Shown in pieces: positions 19,342 to 29,931 of a DNA stretch of 64,000 bases. How positions within the stretch are numbered: the stretch's first letter is position 1; every line of letters starts with the position of its first letter. The notes under the pieces are model-generated. The model was not told the origin of the DNA. It did not search any database and saw nothing but the letters and a program-made list of their open reading frames with translations. The DNA is from a virus, in IMG/VR virus record IMGVR_UViG_3300047678_000160, positions 31,729 to 95,728 of that record. One strand, given 5' to 3'. The position numbers and the translations under genes are program-made.

Positions 19342-19820
19342 ACTATACACTCATACTATACAAGTCAGATGGATGCAACACCTGTCGGGGTTGTGTCATG
19401 GAACAGTGGGGAAGTGATTTCTCACTTGATATGAACGTCAGCGAAGACGAAGCTATTGAAAGAATTTCCAATGCTTTTACTTCTCCATCTGAAGGCGGCT
19501 CTTACGAAGCAAATCTAATTTCTGTCCGTAATAGCGAGCAAGTCAAGCATCAGTTTGACCAATACAGTAGCTCAAGTTGGAAACAAGAAGTTGGTGGAGT
19601 TTCCACTTGGGGAACTGGAGATTATTGGGAAGACATTGATGAAAAAGAAGGAAAGAGACTCAACGACCTTATCAGAAAAAAGGTCAATGAAATCACAGAA
19701 AACAAACGTCTAGCCGAAGAAAAGGCCAAGACAGAACAGAAAGATAAAGAAGCAAAAGCGAAAGAAACTTATGAGCGCCAACAACTGGAAGCTCTCAAAC
19801 AAAAATACGAAATCAAATAA
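19338..19820 (+). CDS. Hypothetical protein
   Basis: 160-aa ORF; C-terminal ERQQLEALKQKYE. Confidence 0.6.
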   Translation: MNYTLILYKSDGCNTCRGCVMEQWGSDFSLDMNVSEDEAIERISNAFTSPSEGGSYEANLISVRNSEQVKHQFDQYSSSSWKQEVGGVSTWGTGDYWEDIDEKEGKRLNDLIRKKVNEITENKRLAEEKAKTEQKDKEAKAKETYERQQLEALKQKYEIK

Positions 19821-19824
19821 AGTT

Positions 19825-20259
19825 ATGAAAAACCTGGTATACAAAAACTACAATACATTCAACGAAGAGTTACTAAAGCTTGCGGAGACGCATTCTAAGG
19901 CTCTCACGTTTATCACTCGGGATGAGTATCTTATCTGGGTCAAACAATGGAAGGAGGACTATAAGACTGTCCTTCAGCTCCACACCATTGAGAAATTCAC
20001 CCGTCGTCGAGACCGTTCTACTCTTCAAGAGAAGATTGACCGCTTTCAGAAGATTTTGGACAAAATTCCGAATCTTTCCGATGAGCAGAAGGCTCGTATC
20101 GAAGTTCTCAAGAAGGAATTTTTATCCCTTTGGGGTTTGAATTCCTACACATACTGCTCACATTATCTTCTCTGGCACATGTATGTTGTCAGAAAGGCCG
20201 GGAAGATTCGTGCCGGGCAGCAACGTGAACTAAGAATCAATCCGCCGATTACGGCTTAA
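19825..20259 (+). CDS. Hypothetical protein
   Basis: Likely start MKNLVYK; open frame up to the terminator. Confidence 0.6.
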   Translation: MKNLVYKNYNTFNEELLKLAETHSKALTFITRDEYLIWVKQWKEDYKTVLQLHTIEKFTRRRDRSTLQEKIDRFQKILDKIPNLSDEQKARIEVLKKEFLSLWGLNSYTYCSHYLLWHMYVVRKAGKIRAGQQRELRINPPITA

Positions 20260-20263
20260 TCAT

Positions 20264-20296
20264 AAACCCCACATTAACAGTGTGGGGTTTTTCTTT
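20264..20296. terminator. Bidirectional intrinsic terminator
   Basis: AAACCCCACA-TTAACAG-TGTGGGGTTTTT between convergent genes. Confidence 0.75.
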
Positions 20297-20934
20297 AGAA
20301 TCTGACCCTGTAATAATCGTCCCAAACAGTTTTGGTCAATCCAAAATCAACTAGAACCAGCTTTGGAAGACCGTCTCTCAAAACTTCTCCATAGGTGGAT
20401 ACTCTACCCATGTCTCCAACCGGAGGAAAGTCATAATCGGCTATAAGGGAAGTCAAATCAATAACAAACTCATTATTTTCAATATCAGAGAGTGGAGTAT
20501 TTTCCATAGACCAGGGCAAAGAAATTCGACTTGTTTTTCGTTCTCTGTATCTTAGATATGCTTCTAATCCTGTATGTGATATTCCGGCTAGTTCTTTAAA
20601 TCTCTTTGGCCCGATTTTTTTGCCAATTCCATTTCTACCCAAAAATCGTTTCTATCGGTGTCGAAAACTCGAGCTACAATATCATAATTTTGAATGTAAG
20701 CTTCCGCTTCTACAGAATTCTGTGCCAAACCTTTTTTATTCTTTGCAATCTTGATTACTTTTTGGTTATCAATCATGAATACCGTTCGGCCGCTCCCTGC
20801 TGCAATTTTTGAAGTCTTTCCGCTGCATAACGATACTTTCCTGCGAATGAGATTATTTTCTGAAATTCATCTTTGATAAAATTAGTCGGATAATCTTCTT
20901 TCAAATTCATAAAAAACTCTTTGTAATTAGACAC
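20295..20934 (-). pseudogene. Protein-kinase-like gene broken by two single-base frameshifts
   Basis: Joining three frames at A-runs (plus-strand T-runs 20806-10 and 20615-21) gives IAAGSGRTVF, KVIKIA, QNSVE, GDMGR, LVDFG kinase motifs. Confidence 0.65.
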
Positions 20935-20988
20935 TTGTATAAGTAGTTATTGATAGAAATAAACTAACCACTTGACATTTTATAGATA

Positions 20989-21954
20989 ATGAGTAGCGTT
21001 GAAAATATGAGTAAACCCAAGCGTTTGTTATCTGATTACAAAGATGTTGCGGAAGCGGTCAAGAATTGTTATTCTTACAAGCCGGACAAGCTTATCGTCA
21101 GTGAATTGAAGTGGAAGTATATGATACGTAGTGCTTTACGAGGCAAAAACATTCTTCTTCTTGGGCCAACTGGTGCTGGTAAGACGCTTATGGCTCAATC
21201 TTCTGTCGAAGCTCTTTCCAAAGAAGACAAGTATTTTTACATCAACATGGGTGCTACCCAAGACCCGAGAGCCGCTTTGATTGGCAACACTCATTTTAAA
21301 AAGACGGATGGAACATTTTTTGACGAAAGCCCGTTTGTTCGTGCTATTAGAACTCCGGGAACCATTGTTCTTCTTGACGAAATTTCCCGCGGACATCCCG
21401 ATGCTTGGAATATTTTGATTACGGTTTTGGATGAACTTCAACGTTATCTTCGCTTAGACGAAAAAGAAGGAAGTGAAACTGTTAAAGTGGCGGAGGGTGT
21501 CACTTTCATTGCTACGGCAAACATTGGTAATGAATACACCGCTACTCGTGTCATGGATAGAGCCTTACTTGACCGTTTTCAGGTCAAAATTGAAGTTGAT
21601 ACTCTGACAAAAGACCAAGAAGTAGTTCTTCTTAAATCGAGATTTCCCACCATTGACGACAACGTTCTTTCTTCGATTGCCAATATCGCAGCCGATTCTC
21701 GTAAATTGGAAACCGACACCAAGTTAACCAAATCGATTTCTACCAGAGCAACAGTAGAAATGGCCGGATTGAGTGTGGATGGATTTACCCTCCATGAGAT
21801 TGTCTCCGCGGTTATCTATCCGGATTATTCTCCGGATGGTGGAGTTGACAGTGAACGAACCATGATGAAGCAATTGGTTCAAAAATACGTTCCAAATAAT
21901 AACAATTCTCCGTTGTTTGGTTCTTCCAGCAACAATAAGCAACCTCCTTTCTAA
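20989..21954 (+). CDS. MoxR/CbbQ-type AAA+ ATPase
   Basis: LLGPTGAGKT, VLLDEISR, FIATANIG.EY...RVMDRALLDRF; start may be 21007. Confidence 0.9.
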   Translation: MSSVENMSKPKRLLSDYKDVAEAVKNCYSYKPDKLIVSELKWKYMIRSALRGKNILLLGPTGAGKTLMAQSSVEALSKEDKYFYINMGATQDPRAALIGNTHFKKTDGTFFDESPFVRAIRTPGTIVLLDEISRGHPDAWNILITVLDELQRYLRLDEKEGSETVKVAEGVTFIATANIGNEYTATRVMDRALLDRFQVKIEVDTLTKDQEVVLLKSRFPTIDDNVLSSIANIAADSRKLETDTKLTKSISTRATVEMAGLSVDGFTLHEIVSAVIYPDYSPDGGVDSERTMMKQLVQKYVPNNNNSPLFGSSSNNKQPPF

Positions 21955-23996
21955 TGAAGAAAGACCTAGCAGAGCATTCAAAGTTTTGGCTTGGAGAAGG
22001 CTTTGACGAAGCAAATATTAACCAGATGGATTTATACCGTCTGGCTTCCTTCCGTCGCTCTATTTCAAACTTCGTAACAATTTTAACCGGAGAAACTATT
22101 CCGGTAAAATTCACCGAAAAGGCCGACTCATTTACCGATGGTAAGACGGTTCACATTGGCGGAGAAATCACCAAAGGTCAATTTGACTCCACAGTTGGTT
22201 TGGCTCTCCATGAAGGTTCGCATGTTATCAAATCAGATTTCGATTTGGTTAAAAATCTTTGGGGAACCATTCCAAATAGACTTTATGCGGCGGGGAAGGA
22301 TAAACTATCTAAGAATAGTATTGCCAACTTGACAAAGGTGATGCATAACTATGTCGAAGACAAGTATATTGATGCGTGGGCTTTCAAAGCAGCTCCCGGC
22401 TATAGAGGATATTATCGTGCGCTGTATGACAAATATTTCAATGATGATAAGATTACTCTCGCACTTCTTTCCAAATCATATAGGAAGAAGACGCTAAAGA
22501 ATTATAGCTTTAGAGTTATTAACATTACCAATCCTAACTCTCCATTGGATGCTCTTCCGGGATTAAGAAAAATTCACGAGCTCCTCAATTTGGACAACAT
22601 TCTTCGTTTAGAGACTCCACCGGAAAGACTGGAGCTTGCCTATGATATTGTAGAAATCATATTGACAGAGGTTCTTAAAGAAGAAGAGAAGCCGAAAACC
22701 AAGAAAGGTCAAAACCAAGAAGCTCAATCCAGCGGAGACGATTGTGGAGAACAGTCTGGAGAAAAAAACGAGCAACCATCCGACGAGCAGCCTGAGACTG
22801 GCGATTCAAAGGAAGAATCAAAAGAAGAACCGAACATAGATGATGTTCTCGGAGGTTCTACTGGAGACGAGGATGAAAAATCCGAGCCTACTTCCGTTGA
22901 TGGTGAAGCTGAGGAGCCCACTGAGGAATTATCAGAAAAACAGATTGAGCAGATTGAAAAGGCCATCGAACAACAAGAAAATTTTACTAATCGTGAGTTA
23001 AAGAAGTCTGGCTTAAGCGAAGCTCTCATTAAGAGGTTGGATGTTATTGAAAAGAGCTCGACTCAGATTGTGGAAGTTGGCGGAGAAGAGGGAGTGCCTA
23101 AAGTTGAGTGCGTTCTCGTCAATAAGATGGATAAGTCTATCATGGAAGACGAATCCTTTCCATTCTGCTCCAAGTTATCGGTCAGTAAGAATCTACATCA
23201 AGATGCAGTTGTAGCTGGCGTGGCTCTTGGAACACTTTTAGGCAGGCGCCTACAGATTCGTAACGATTCCAAAACCACCAAGTTTTCAAGATTGCCGAGA
23301 GGTAAAATAGAAAAGAGACTCTTGGCGGAACTTGGATACGGGTCTTCTCAAATCTTTTACCAATCTTCCGTTGACCAATATAAGAAAGCTCACGTGCATA
23401 TATCAGTTGATGCTTCTGGGTCTATGGCACGCAAATGGAAAAAGACATTAACCACAGTAGTTGCTCTGGCCAAAGCCGCTTCTATGGTTAGAAACTTGGG
23501 TGTTACCATTACCTTTAGAGCCGGCTCGGGTGTTTTATCTACCACTCCATACATTGTGGTTGCTTACGATTCTCGCCACGACTCATTTTCAAAGGTCACT
23601 CAATTGTTTCCGGCGCTTATTCCAGATGGGTCAACTCCAGAGGGATTGACTTTTCAAGCAATTCTCGGATTGATTCCCAAGTCCGGGCCTGACTTTGATA
23701 GTTTCTTTGTAAATCTATCCGATGGTGTTCCTGAATTTAGTGAGGGGTATCATGGAGCAACTGCTCAAAACCATACCAAGTTGCAGGTTGAAAAAATGCG
23801 TGCTGCGGGAATAACCGTGATAAGTTATTTCTTAGAAGCTGTTGAAGATAAACGAGATATAAAACTCACAGAATTTCGTGGGAACAGTATGATTGCTTTC
23901 AAAAAAATGTATGGAAGAGACGCCTTATTCATTGATGTTGATAACGTTAAGGAGATAGCTCATTCCATGAATAAAAAGTTTCTTGAGAAGAATTAA
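21954..23996 (+). CDS. vWA-domain protein with N-terminal HExxH metallopeptidase-like motif (AAA+ partner)
   Basis: LALHEGSH, NYVED, acidic linker, MIDAS VDASGSM, TPEG, LSDG. Confidence 0.8.
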   Translation: MKKDLAEHSKFWLGEGFDEANINQMDLYRLASFRRSISNFVTILTGETIPVKFTEKADSFTDGKTVHIGGEITKGQFDSTVGLALHEGSHVIKSDFDLVKNLWGTIPNRLYAAGKDKLSKNSIANLTKVMHNYVEDKYIDAWAFKAAPGYRGYYRALYDKYFNDDKITLALLSKSYRKKTLKNYSFRVINITNPNSPLDALPGLRKIHELLNLDNILRLETPPERLELAYDIVEIILTEVLKEEEKPKTKKGQNQEAQSSGDDCGEQSGEKNEQPSDEQPETGDSKEESKEEPNIDDVLGGSTGDEDEKSEPTSVDGEAEEPTEELSEKQIEQIEKAIEQQENFTNRELKKSGLSEALIKRLDVIEKSSTQIVEVGGEEGVPKVECVLVNKMDKSIMEDESFPFCSKLSVSKNLHQDAVVAGVALGTLLGRRLQIRNDSKTTKFSRLPRGKIEKRLLAELGYGSSQIFYQSSVDQYKKAHVHISVDASGSMARKWKKTLTTVVALAKAASMVRNLGVTITFRAGSGVLSTTPYIVVAYDSRHDSFSKVTQLFPALIPDGSTPEGLTFQAILGLIPKSGPDFDSFFVNLSDGVPEFSEGYHGATAQNHTKLQVEKMRAAGITVISYFLEAVEDKRDIKLTEFRGNSMIAFKKMYGRDALFIDVDNVKEIAHSMNKKFLEKN

Positions 23997-24004
23997 AATA
24001 AGGT

Positions 24005-24032
24005 TTGACATTTTATAAACAAAATATACTCT
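24005..24032 (+). promoter_or_regulatory. Sigma70-like early promoter
   Basis: TTGACA-16-TACTCT upstream of rIIA; similar TTGACA boxes at about 2745, 14476, 20972, 26249, 30914, 39827. Confidence 0.55.
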
Positions 24033-24053
24033 CATATTTGAAACTAATAACTT

Positions 24054-26252
24054 ATGATTATCGCAGATACTGTCTCGTCTCCGGTGGCCACCAACGTTGG
24101 TGCGGCTCCGTCCAAGTTCAAGATTAAAGCGAGTGCGAAGGCGTTCAAGATTTTGAGCGGCTTCTACTCTGACCCCGTTCTCGCTATTCCGCGTGAATTG
24201 GGCGCCAACGCGTGGGACAGCCACGTATCGGCTGGCAAGACTGACAAAATGTTTGAGGTTCATGCTCCGAACACGCTTGAGCCGTGGTTTTCAATTCGTG
24301 ACTTTGGCACTGGCCTCTCTGCTGAGGCGATTGACCAAATTTACACGACCTACTTTGAGAGCACAAAGACCGGCGACAATGATTCCGATGGCTGTATGGG
24401 TCTTGGTTCCAAGACCCCTTTCAATTATACCGAGAATTTTTCGGTGACTTCGTGGTTCAATGGTAAGAAGTTTGTTTACAACTGCTTCATTGATGAGAGG
24501 GGCTCTCCGAATATTCTTCCCTTTGGTGTGGAAAATTCGACCGAACCGAATGGTGTGGAAGTAAAATTTGCGGTCAAATCGGCCGATATTTCGACCTTCG
24601 TTGACAAGATTCGTCAGGCTTACGCTCCGTTCCGCTACAAGCCGACCATCACTGGCGCTACCATCACGTATCCTACTATCAAGTATACCTTTAAGGGCAC
24701 TGATTGGGCGATTCGTGAGTATGAGAATGGATACAGTTACGGTGCCAAGTCGTTTGCCTTCATGGGCAACTATTCGTATCCTATCAACGTCGATGCTCTG
24801 TTTAGCTCCGATGCTCGTTACAACAACGACAAGGTTTACACCAAGGTTTCGCATATTCTCCAATACGCTTCCACTGAGCTTTATTTCAACATCGGCGACC
24901 TTGAGGTTGCTCCTAACAAGGAACAGCTTCAATACGACGCTGATGAAAAGACTCAAAAGGCCATCATCGCGGCTGCTGTAAAGGCTTATGACGAACTACT
25001 TGAGCTCGTTCAGAAGTCCATTGACAAGCCGACCTCGATTTGGAATGCGATGGAGCTTTACGCCAAGTATAACAGCTACGACAGCAAGTATTACAACTTC
25101 AATCGTATCATCGGCTCTATTCCGATTCGCTATAACAAGAAAGACATTTCCTCCAAGGATGTTCGTTCTGATGATGTTCATGAGGAATCTGGTTTGAACA
25201 AGGGCGTGGTCACTGACCCGCGTGATTCAAGGAAGCAATTTGCTGACAAATACGGTCATTTTGCTGTGGAGCAGTATGAGTATCGCCTCAGCAATGGTCA
25301 ACTCCGCAAGCGTTACACAAACACCTATACCGCTGGTGGCCCGTCTGGTTCTCTGTTTTTCTATACGAACGACACCAAGTTCCGCCGCGCCCGCGTCCGC
25401 CATTATCTGACGACCAACTACTCTGGAAAGAACTTTCCGACGATTCACATCATCTTCGACCATTCCAAGAAGGGTGAAGTTTTTGAGGCTCATCGTAAGT
25501 ATCTTGGTTTGGATAATGCTCAAGTGTTGCACATTGAGTCACTTCCGAAACCTCCTCGCACTCCTCGCAATCCTTCGACGGCGAAGACCGACGAAATTCC
25601 TGAGTTTATTCTCGACAGCAACTATTGGTCGCGTAATTCTTTCACCGCTGAGGCGAAGGGCACATATTATTACATCGACTTCATTTATTCCGCTGCCTAT
25701 TACAAGACCAATCAAATTGGATTTGATACTGTCTCTGGAATTCTTTCCTATGGTGTGAAAGAGAAGATTCTGTCCAAGACCAAGACTCGTATTTTTGGTA
25801 TCAACAAGCGTAACGCTTATATGCTCAAGACCGGAACGTGGATTAACGTCCTCGACCTCGTTCTTGACCACGCCAAAAAGAACAAGGAATCTCTTGAACA
25901 TCAGCTCTACCTCCAAGATACGTATCAGCCGCTGTGTCAGAGCCATAACAATCTTCGTTATAAAATTCAACGTTCCAGCTTTACCACAAAGCTCGACAAT
26001 AAGGACACGAAGAAGCTGTTTGAATCCTTTGACAACGCCTTTGCCACGCAGAACACTGATTCTGTGTTGGTTGGGGTGGCTCGTTTCATGGGTTTGAAGG
26101 GTAAGAAGCTCTCCACCTTTGACGACAGCCTTCTGGATACTGTCAAGACCATTCAGACGAAATACATGGGTCTTTTCGACATGGTTGACACTTATTCCAT
26201 TGATACGACGAAATTTGCAAAGATTGTGAATTTCATTGATAAAAACAGTTGA
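24054..26252 (+). CDS. rIIA: rIIA-like protein (GHKL ATPase N-terminus)
   Basis: RELGANAWDSH, IRDFGTGLS, YFESTK, GCMGLGSKTPF, NGVEV; followed by rIIB. Confidence 0.85.
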   Translation: MIIADTVSSPVATNVGAAPSKFKIKASAKAFKILSGFYSDPVLAIPRELGANAWDSHVSAGKTDKMFEVHAPNTLEPWFSIRDFGTGLSAEAIDQIYTTYFESTKTGDNDSDGCMGLGSKTPFNYTENFSVTSWFNGKKFVYNCFIDERGSPNILPFGVENSTEPNGVEVKFAVKSADISTFVDKIRQAYAPFRYKPTITGATITYPTIKYTFKGTDWAIREYENGYSYGAKSFAFMGNYSYPINVDALFSSDARYNNDKVYTKVSHILQYASTELYFNIGDLEVAPNKEQLQYDADEKTQKAIIAAAVKAYDELLELVQKSIDKPTSIWNAMELYAKYNSYDSKYYNFNRIIGSIPIRYNKKDISSKDVRSDDVHEESGLNKGVVTDPRDSRKQFADKYGHFAVEQYEYRLSNGQLRKRYTNTYTAGGPSGSLFFYTNDTKFRRARVRHYLTTNYSGKNFPTIHIIFDHSKKGEVFEAHRKYLGLDNAQVLHIESLPKPPRTPRNPSTAKTDEIPEFILDSNYWSRNSFTAEAKGTYYYIDFIYSAAYYKTNQIGFDTVSGILSYGVKEKILSKTKTRIFGINKRNAYMLKTGTWINVLDLVLDHAKKNKESLEHQLYLQDTYQPLCQSHNNLRYKIQRSSFTTKLDNKDTKKLFESFDNAFATQNTDSVLVGVARFMGLKGKKLSTFDDSLLDTVKTIQTKYMGLFDMVDTYSIDTTKFAKIVNFIDKNS

Positions 26253-26300
26253 CATAATTTGTTAAGTCACATACTATAAGAACAGTTAAAAAATAACTAT

Positions 26301-27503
26301 ATGAGCAAAACCACCCAATACGTTCCCCATGTCATCAAGGCAAAAGGAAGCATCACCATGTATCTCAACGGTGAGAGCATGACAGTTGAAATCGACCATC
26401 CCAATTATTCTAAGATTGTGGATGCACTCAAGTCTGGCACCTACGACAAACTCGACCAACTGGTCAACATTTCTCGCGCTGTGACCAGCTATGGACAAGG
26501 CAAGATTGACGTTAAGAACGGAGAAGTTTTTTACGCCGGCAAGCCGCTTCACAGCACTCTCACAAATCGCATTCTCGCTATGATGAATGAGGGCTTCCAA
26601 GTGAAGCACATGCTTCTCTTCTTGGAGAATCTCATGTCCAATCCTTCATTCCGCGCAGTGAATGAGACTTACACGTTCCTTGAGAACCACGGTCTTCCTA
26701 TCACTGAGGATGGTTGTTTCCTCGCCTACAAGGCGGTTCGCAACAACTACACCGATATGCGCACGGGCACTTTCGACAACCATGTTGGCAAGTCGCCTTC
26801 GATGCCTCGCAATCAAGTCGATGAAGACTATGAGCAGGACTGCTCCAGCGGTCTGCACGTTGGTTCTCTTGGCTATGTCATTGACTTCGGACATTTTTCA
26901 AAGGGTGCCGCTGTTAGTGAGGATGGTAATCGTTTGCTCATCGTCAAGGTCAATCCTCGTGACGTTGTGAGCGTTCCTAAATACGCTTCCCACACCAAGA
27001 TGCGTGTCGCAACCTATACGGTTGTGGACGAAATCAAGGACATTGTTAAGGAGCTCGATAAGGTGGTTTATACCTCCGATGCGAAGGTGCTCGCTCCTGA
27101 CCGTAAGGATGATGATTTCACCGCGTCCCAAAAGCCAGAAGTGGTTGATGCTGATGTGGAGAATGAATTTTATCTCCAAGGTTTTGACGCCGGCGACAAC
27201 GATAATATCAATGGTGACGAATATGGTTACTCCCGCGACTATGACCGTAAGGGAAATTATCTCAAGGGTTACAACGATGGCTACAACAGCCGTGACGCAT
27301 CGATTCCGTTTCCAGACGACCACAGCGATTGCGCTGGGTGTGAAACGGCGGTAAGTGACGCTGACCGTGAATACGCCGATGGTCTTTCTCTCGGTGAGGA
27401 TGACTTCAACAATGGCTTCGAATACCAAGAGAATCTCAGCGCTTACGCGTCTGAAAGTTTTAAGGATGGCTACCGTGACGGTTTTAACGGCGTCGTCCAA
27501 TAA
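26301..27503 (+). CDS. rIIB: rIIB-like protein
   Basis: LPITEDGCFLAYKAVR, DNHVG....MPRNQVD, CSSGLHVG, VKVNPRDVVSVP. Confidence 0.85.
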   Translation: MSKTTQYVPHVIKAKGSITMYLNGESMTVEIDHPNYSKIVDALKSGTYDKLDQLVNISRAVTSYGQGKIDVKNGEVFYAGKPLHSTLTNRILAMMNEGFQVKHMLLFLENLMSNPSFRAVNETYTFLENHGLPITEDGCFLAYKAVRNNYTDMRTGTFDNHVGKSPSMPRNQVDEDYEQDCSSGLHVGSLGYVIDFGHFSKGAAVSEDGNRLLIVKVNPRDVVSVPKYASHTKMRVATYTVVDEIKDIVKELDKVVYTSDAKVLAPDRKDDDFTASQKPEVVDADVENEFYLQGFDAGDNDNINGDEYGYSRDYDRKGNYLKGYNDGYNSRDASIPFPDDHSDCAGCETAVSDADREYADGLSLGEDDFNNGFEYQENLSAYASESFKDGYRDGFNGVVQ

Positions 27504-27526
27504 CAAATAACAAATAAAAACAAATT

Positions 27527-27892
27527 ATGGCAACTAAACGTAATAATACATTAATTGACTGGCCAGCAACCGGTCACTTCACAATTGAAGACCTTCAACA
27601 GAAGTATCCTTCGATGGTCAACATCACCCTTCGTTTTCGTGTAAAGAAAGCTCTCGACGCAAATGAAATCACCGCAATTGGTAAAATCAAGCCGGCTATT
27701 GGCCGACCAAAGCTTGTCTTTGTCAAGGGCCTTGCAACAAAGGAAGCTATTGAAACCGCTCTCAAGAGCGGTGTTCTCCCCCTCGAAAACAAGTCCGTTG
27801 TCTCTACCGCTGACGTTAAGACAGAAAAGAAGGTTGCTAAGACCTCACCGGCTCCTACGGTTGACGCAAAGCCAATCCACGCAACAGTCTAA
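27527..27892 (+). CDS. Basic protein, possible winged-helix DNA-binding protein
   Basis: FTIEDL...ITLRFRVKKAL...IG...IGRPKLVF. Confidence 0.45.
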   Translation: MATKRNNTLIDWPATGHFTIEDLQQKYPSMVNITLRFRVKKALDANEITAIGKIKPAIGRPKLVFVKGLATKEAIETALKSGVLPLENKSVVSTADVKTEKKVAKTSPAPTVDAKPIHATV

Positions 27893-27913
27893 TCAAGATT
27901 GATGCTTTTCATA

Positions 27914-27946
27914 AGGGCCGGTGATAAATAATATCACCGGCTTTTA
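27914..27946 (+). terminator. Intrinsic terminator
   Basis: GCCGGTGATA-AATAA-TATCACCGGC-TTTT. Confidence 0.7.
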
Positions 27947-27957
27947 TATTTATAGAC

Positions 27958-28254
27958 ATGAGGCCACCGCCATATCCAAAGAAAATCGAGTTTACCGAAA
28001 GACTTTTCTTTCATTATAAGCTCGATGCCAGCACGTATTCTTTGTTTGATTCTTCCATGAGCACACCTATTGCTTATGGGCCAATAAATTTTGTGGCGGC
28101 GACCATCAAAAATCTTCCTGCCAAATCAACAATTTTTTATTTTGAATTGGACAACAGAGAAGGATGGAAGATGAAAAAGGTTTACAAACCAAGCGCAGAA
28201 ACTGCTCAAACAGCGGATGCCAAAAATAAAGTGGAGAAGAAGAAAGATGAATGA
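27958..28254 (+). CDS. Hypothetical protein
   Basis: 98-aa ORF immediately after ATATTTATAG motif. Confidence 0.55.
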   Translation: MRPPPYPKKIEFTERLFFHYKLDASTYSLFDSSMSTPIAYGPINFVAATIKNLPAKSTIFYFELDNREGWKMKKVYKPSAETAQTADAKNKVEKKKDE

Positions 28255-28456
28255 AATTGAAATTTCCTTAGCAGTTTCAGCAGAAATGGACTCAATGGGA
28301 GAAATTTTCAACGATAGAGAAATCGTTGACATGAAGAATGAATCTGACGGAGAACAGATGCTCATTTATGGAATTGCTGACGATGGCGTAATCATTCCAT
28401 TTTTTAAAACCATGAGCAAGGTAAACTCTGACAATGACTTACCAAGTATTGTTTGA
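28247..28456 (+). CDS. Hypothetical protein
   Basis: Likely start MNEIEIS. Confidence 0.45.
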   Translation: MNEIEISLAVSAEMDSMGEIFNDREIVDMKNESDGEQMLIYGIADDGVIIPFFKTMSKVNSDNDLPSIV

Positions 28457-28495
28457 GTATTGACATTTGATAGTTTTATCTATTTGATAGTCTAT

Positions 28496-28723
28496 ATGTT
28501 AAAGGAATTCCTTACGGTTTTTTACGCTTGGTCTGGAGCTGTTCAATGTGTTTTTGTTCTTGTTATAGCGATGTTTCTGACAGCTATTGTAAACAAGATT
28601 TTAGACATTTTCAATTCAGTCTTTGCGAGCCTCCCAATTTTATTTCACGGATGGCCGAAAAATTCAAGCCCAGAAGTAGATGATGATGACGAAGACAAAA
28701 AAGAAATTGAAACCCAACTCTAA
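28496..28723 (+). CDS. Small membrane protein
   Basis: Hydrophobic segment followed by HGWP and acidic tail. Confidence 0.5.
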   Translation: MLKEFLTVFYAWSGAVQCVFVLVIAMFLTAIVNKILDIFNSVFASLPILFHGWPKNSSPEVDDDDEDKKEIETQL

Positions 28724-28727
28724 GAAA

Positions 28728-29918
28728 ATGAGCAAATCTGCTGATGTTTTTTTTGAAACTTCTACCTTCGATTACGAAGCAGAGAAGCAAGCGTTCAAAG
28801 ACCACATGGACAAGTTGAAAGACATGTCTGTGGAAGAAAGCGTATTTTACAAAAAGTGGATGGAAATCAAAAATTACCGCGACTTCATGCCGAAGTCCGA
28901 AGAAGTAAAGGCCAAAATTTGGCGTCCATCGGATATTAACAACAAAGAACAGACGCTTCAAGAAATTCGTGATTTGAAGCCACGCATTTTCTATGTTGAA
29001 CCAACCAATAAGACACACATGGCAGACTGGCTCATGATTCGTGTATTCTGTCACACGATGGCGTATGAACAAACGCCTGGCCGTTTTATTCGATTCCTCG
29101 TCATTGACGATAATTCTCAAAAATATCTTGGAGCAGTATCCATTAGTAATGACGTAATGGCATTGACCTGCCGAGACAATTACATTGGTTGGACAAGCGA
29201 AAATCGCATCAAGGACAAGAGATTGATTCACTCAGCTATCGGTAGCTGTATCATGGGAACTCAACCATTTGGATATAATTTCCTCGGCGGAAAGCTGGTT
29301 GCTTCTTTGATTCTTTCTCAATATGTCCGCGACACTTGGAAGCGTGTTGTTGGAAAAACTCTTGTTGGTATGACCACTACGAGCCTTTATGGCCCAAATT
29401 CCATGTATTGTGGTATTCCTTACTGGCATGGTTGTGGTTGTTCCGCCGGAAAAATTTCCATCAAGCCTGACGATTCTCATTATGAGACTTGGCATAAGTA
29501 TATTAAAGAAAATCGTGCCGATGAATATGAGCGCAAGACGGTCAAGAAAGATTCGGCAAATGGCCCGGTGACCGGAGTAAAGCAAAGAATTTTGGAAATT
29601 ATCTTCCGTGAATTGGGTATCTCAGCGTCCAAATATAACCACGGATTTGAACGAGGCGTCTATTATGCTCCATTTTACGACAATACCAAGGATTTCCTAT
29701 GTAATCGTCTAACGGACGAAGCACAGTTGAAGCTATCCAAGCGATTTGAGAAGGATTCGACAGGTATCATCGAATGGTGGAGAGAAAAGGCATTGAAGCG
29801 TTATTCCAAACTTCACGATGAAGGTCGCATCAAGGGTGATATTCTTTATTATAACAAAATGATTGATATGTCTTACACCAAGGCAAAAAAAGAATTCTTT
29901 GGTGAAGTTGGTCGATAA
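28728..29918 (+). CDS. DUF4338 / DruA-like GNAT-related protein
   Basis: PGRFIRFLVID, RDNYIGW, QPFGYNFLGGKLVA, TTTSLYG. Confidence 0.65.
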   Translation: MSKSADVFFETSTFDYEAEKQAFKDHMDKLKDMSVEESVFYKKWMEIKNYRDFMPKSEEVKAKIWRPSDINNKEQTLQEIRDLKPRIFYVEPTNKTHMADWLMIRVFCHTMAYEQTPGRFIRFLVIDDNSQKYLGAVSISNDVMALTCRDNYIGWTSENRIKDKRLIHSAIGSCIMGTQPFGYNFLGGKLVASLILSQYVRDTWKRVVGKTLVGMTTTSLYGPNSMYCGIPYWHGCGCSAGKISIKPDDSHYETWHKYIKENRADEYERKTVKKDSANGPVTGVKQRILEIIFRELGISASKYNHGFERGVYYAPFYDNTKDFLCNRLTDEAQLKLSKRFEKDSTGIIEWWREKALKRYSKLHDEGRIKGDILYYNKMIDMSYTKAKKEFFGEVGR

Positions 29919-29931
29919 ATATACTTTTTAT

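Noticed and set aside
24184-27506. Long antisense ORFs opposite rIIA/rIIB (221, 238 and 202 aa)
   Set aside because: Shadow frames expected from the codon bias of the sense genes; no recognisable motifs.
28728-29918. A complete Druantia defence system
   Set aside because: Only a DUF4338/DruA-like gene is present, with no DruE helicase or other partners; a DNA-modification role is at least as likely.
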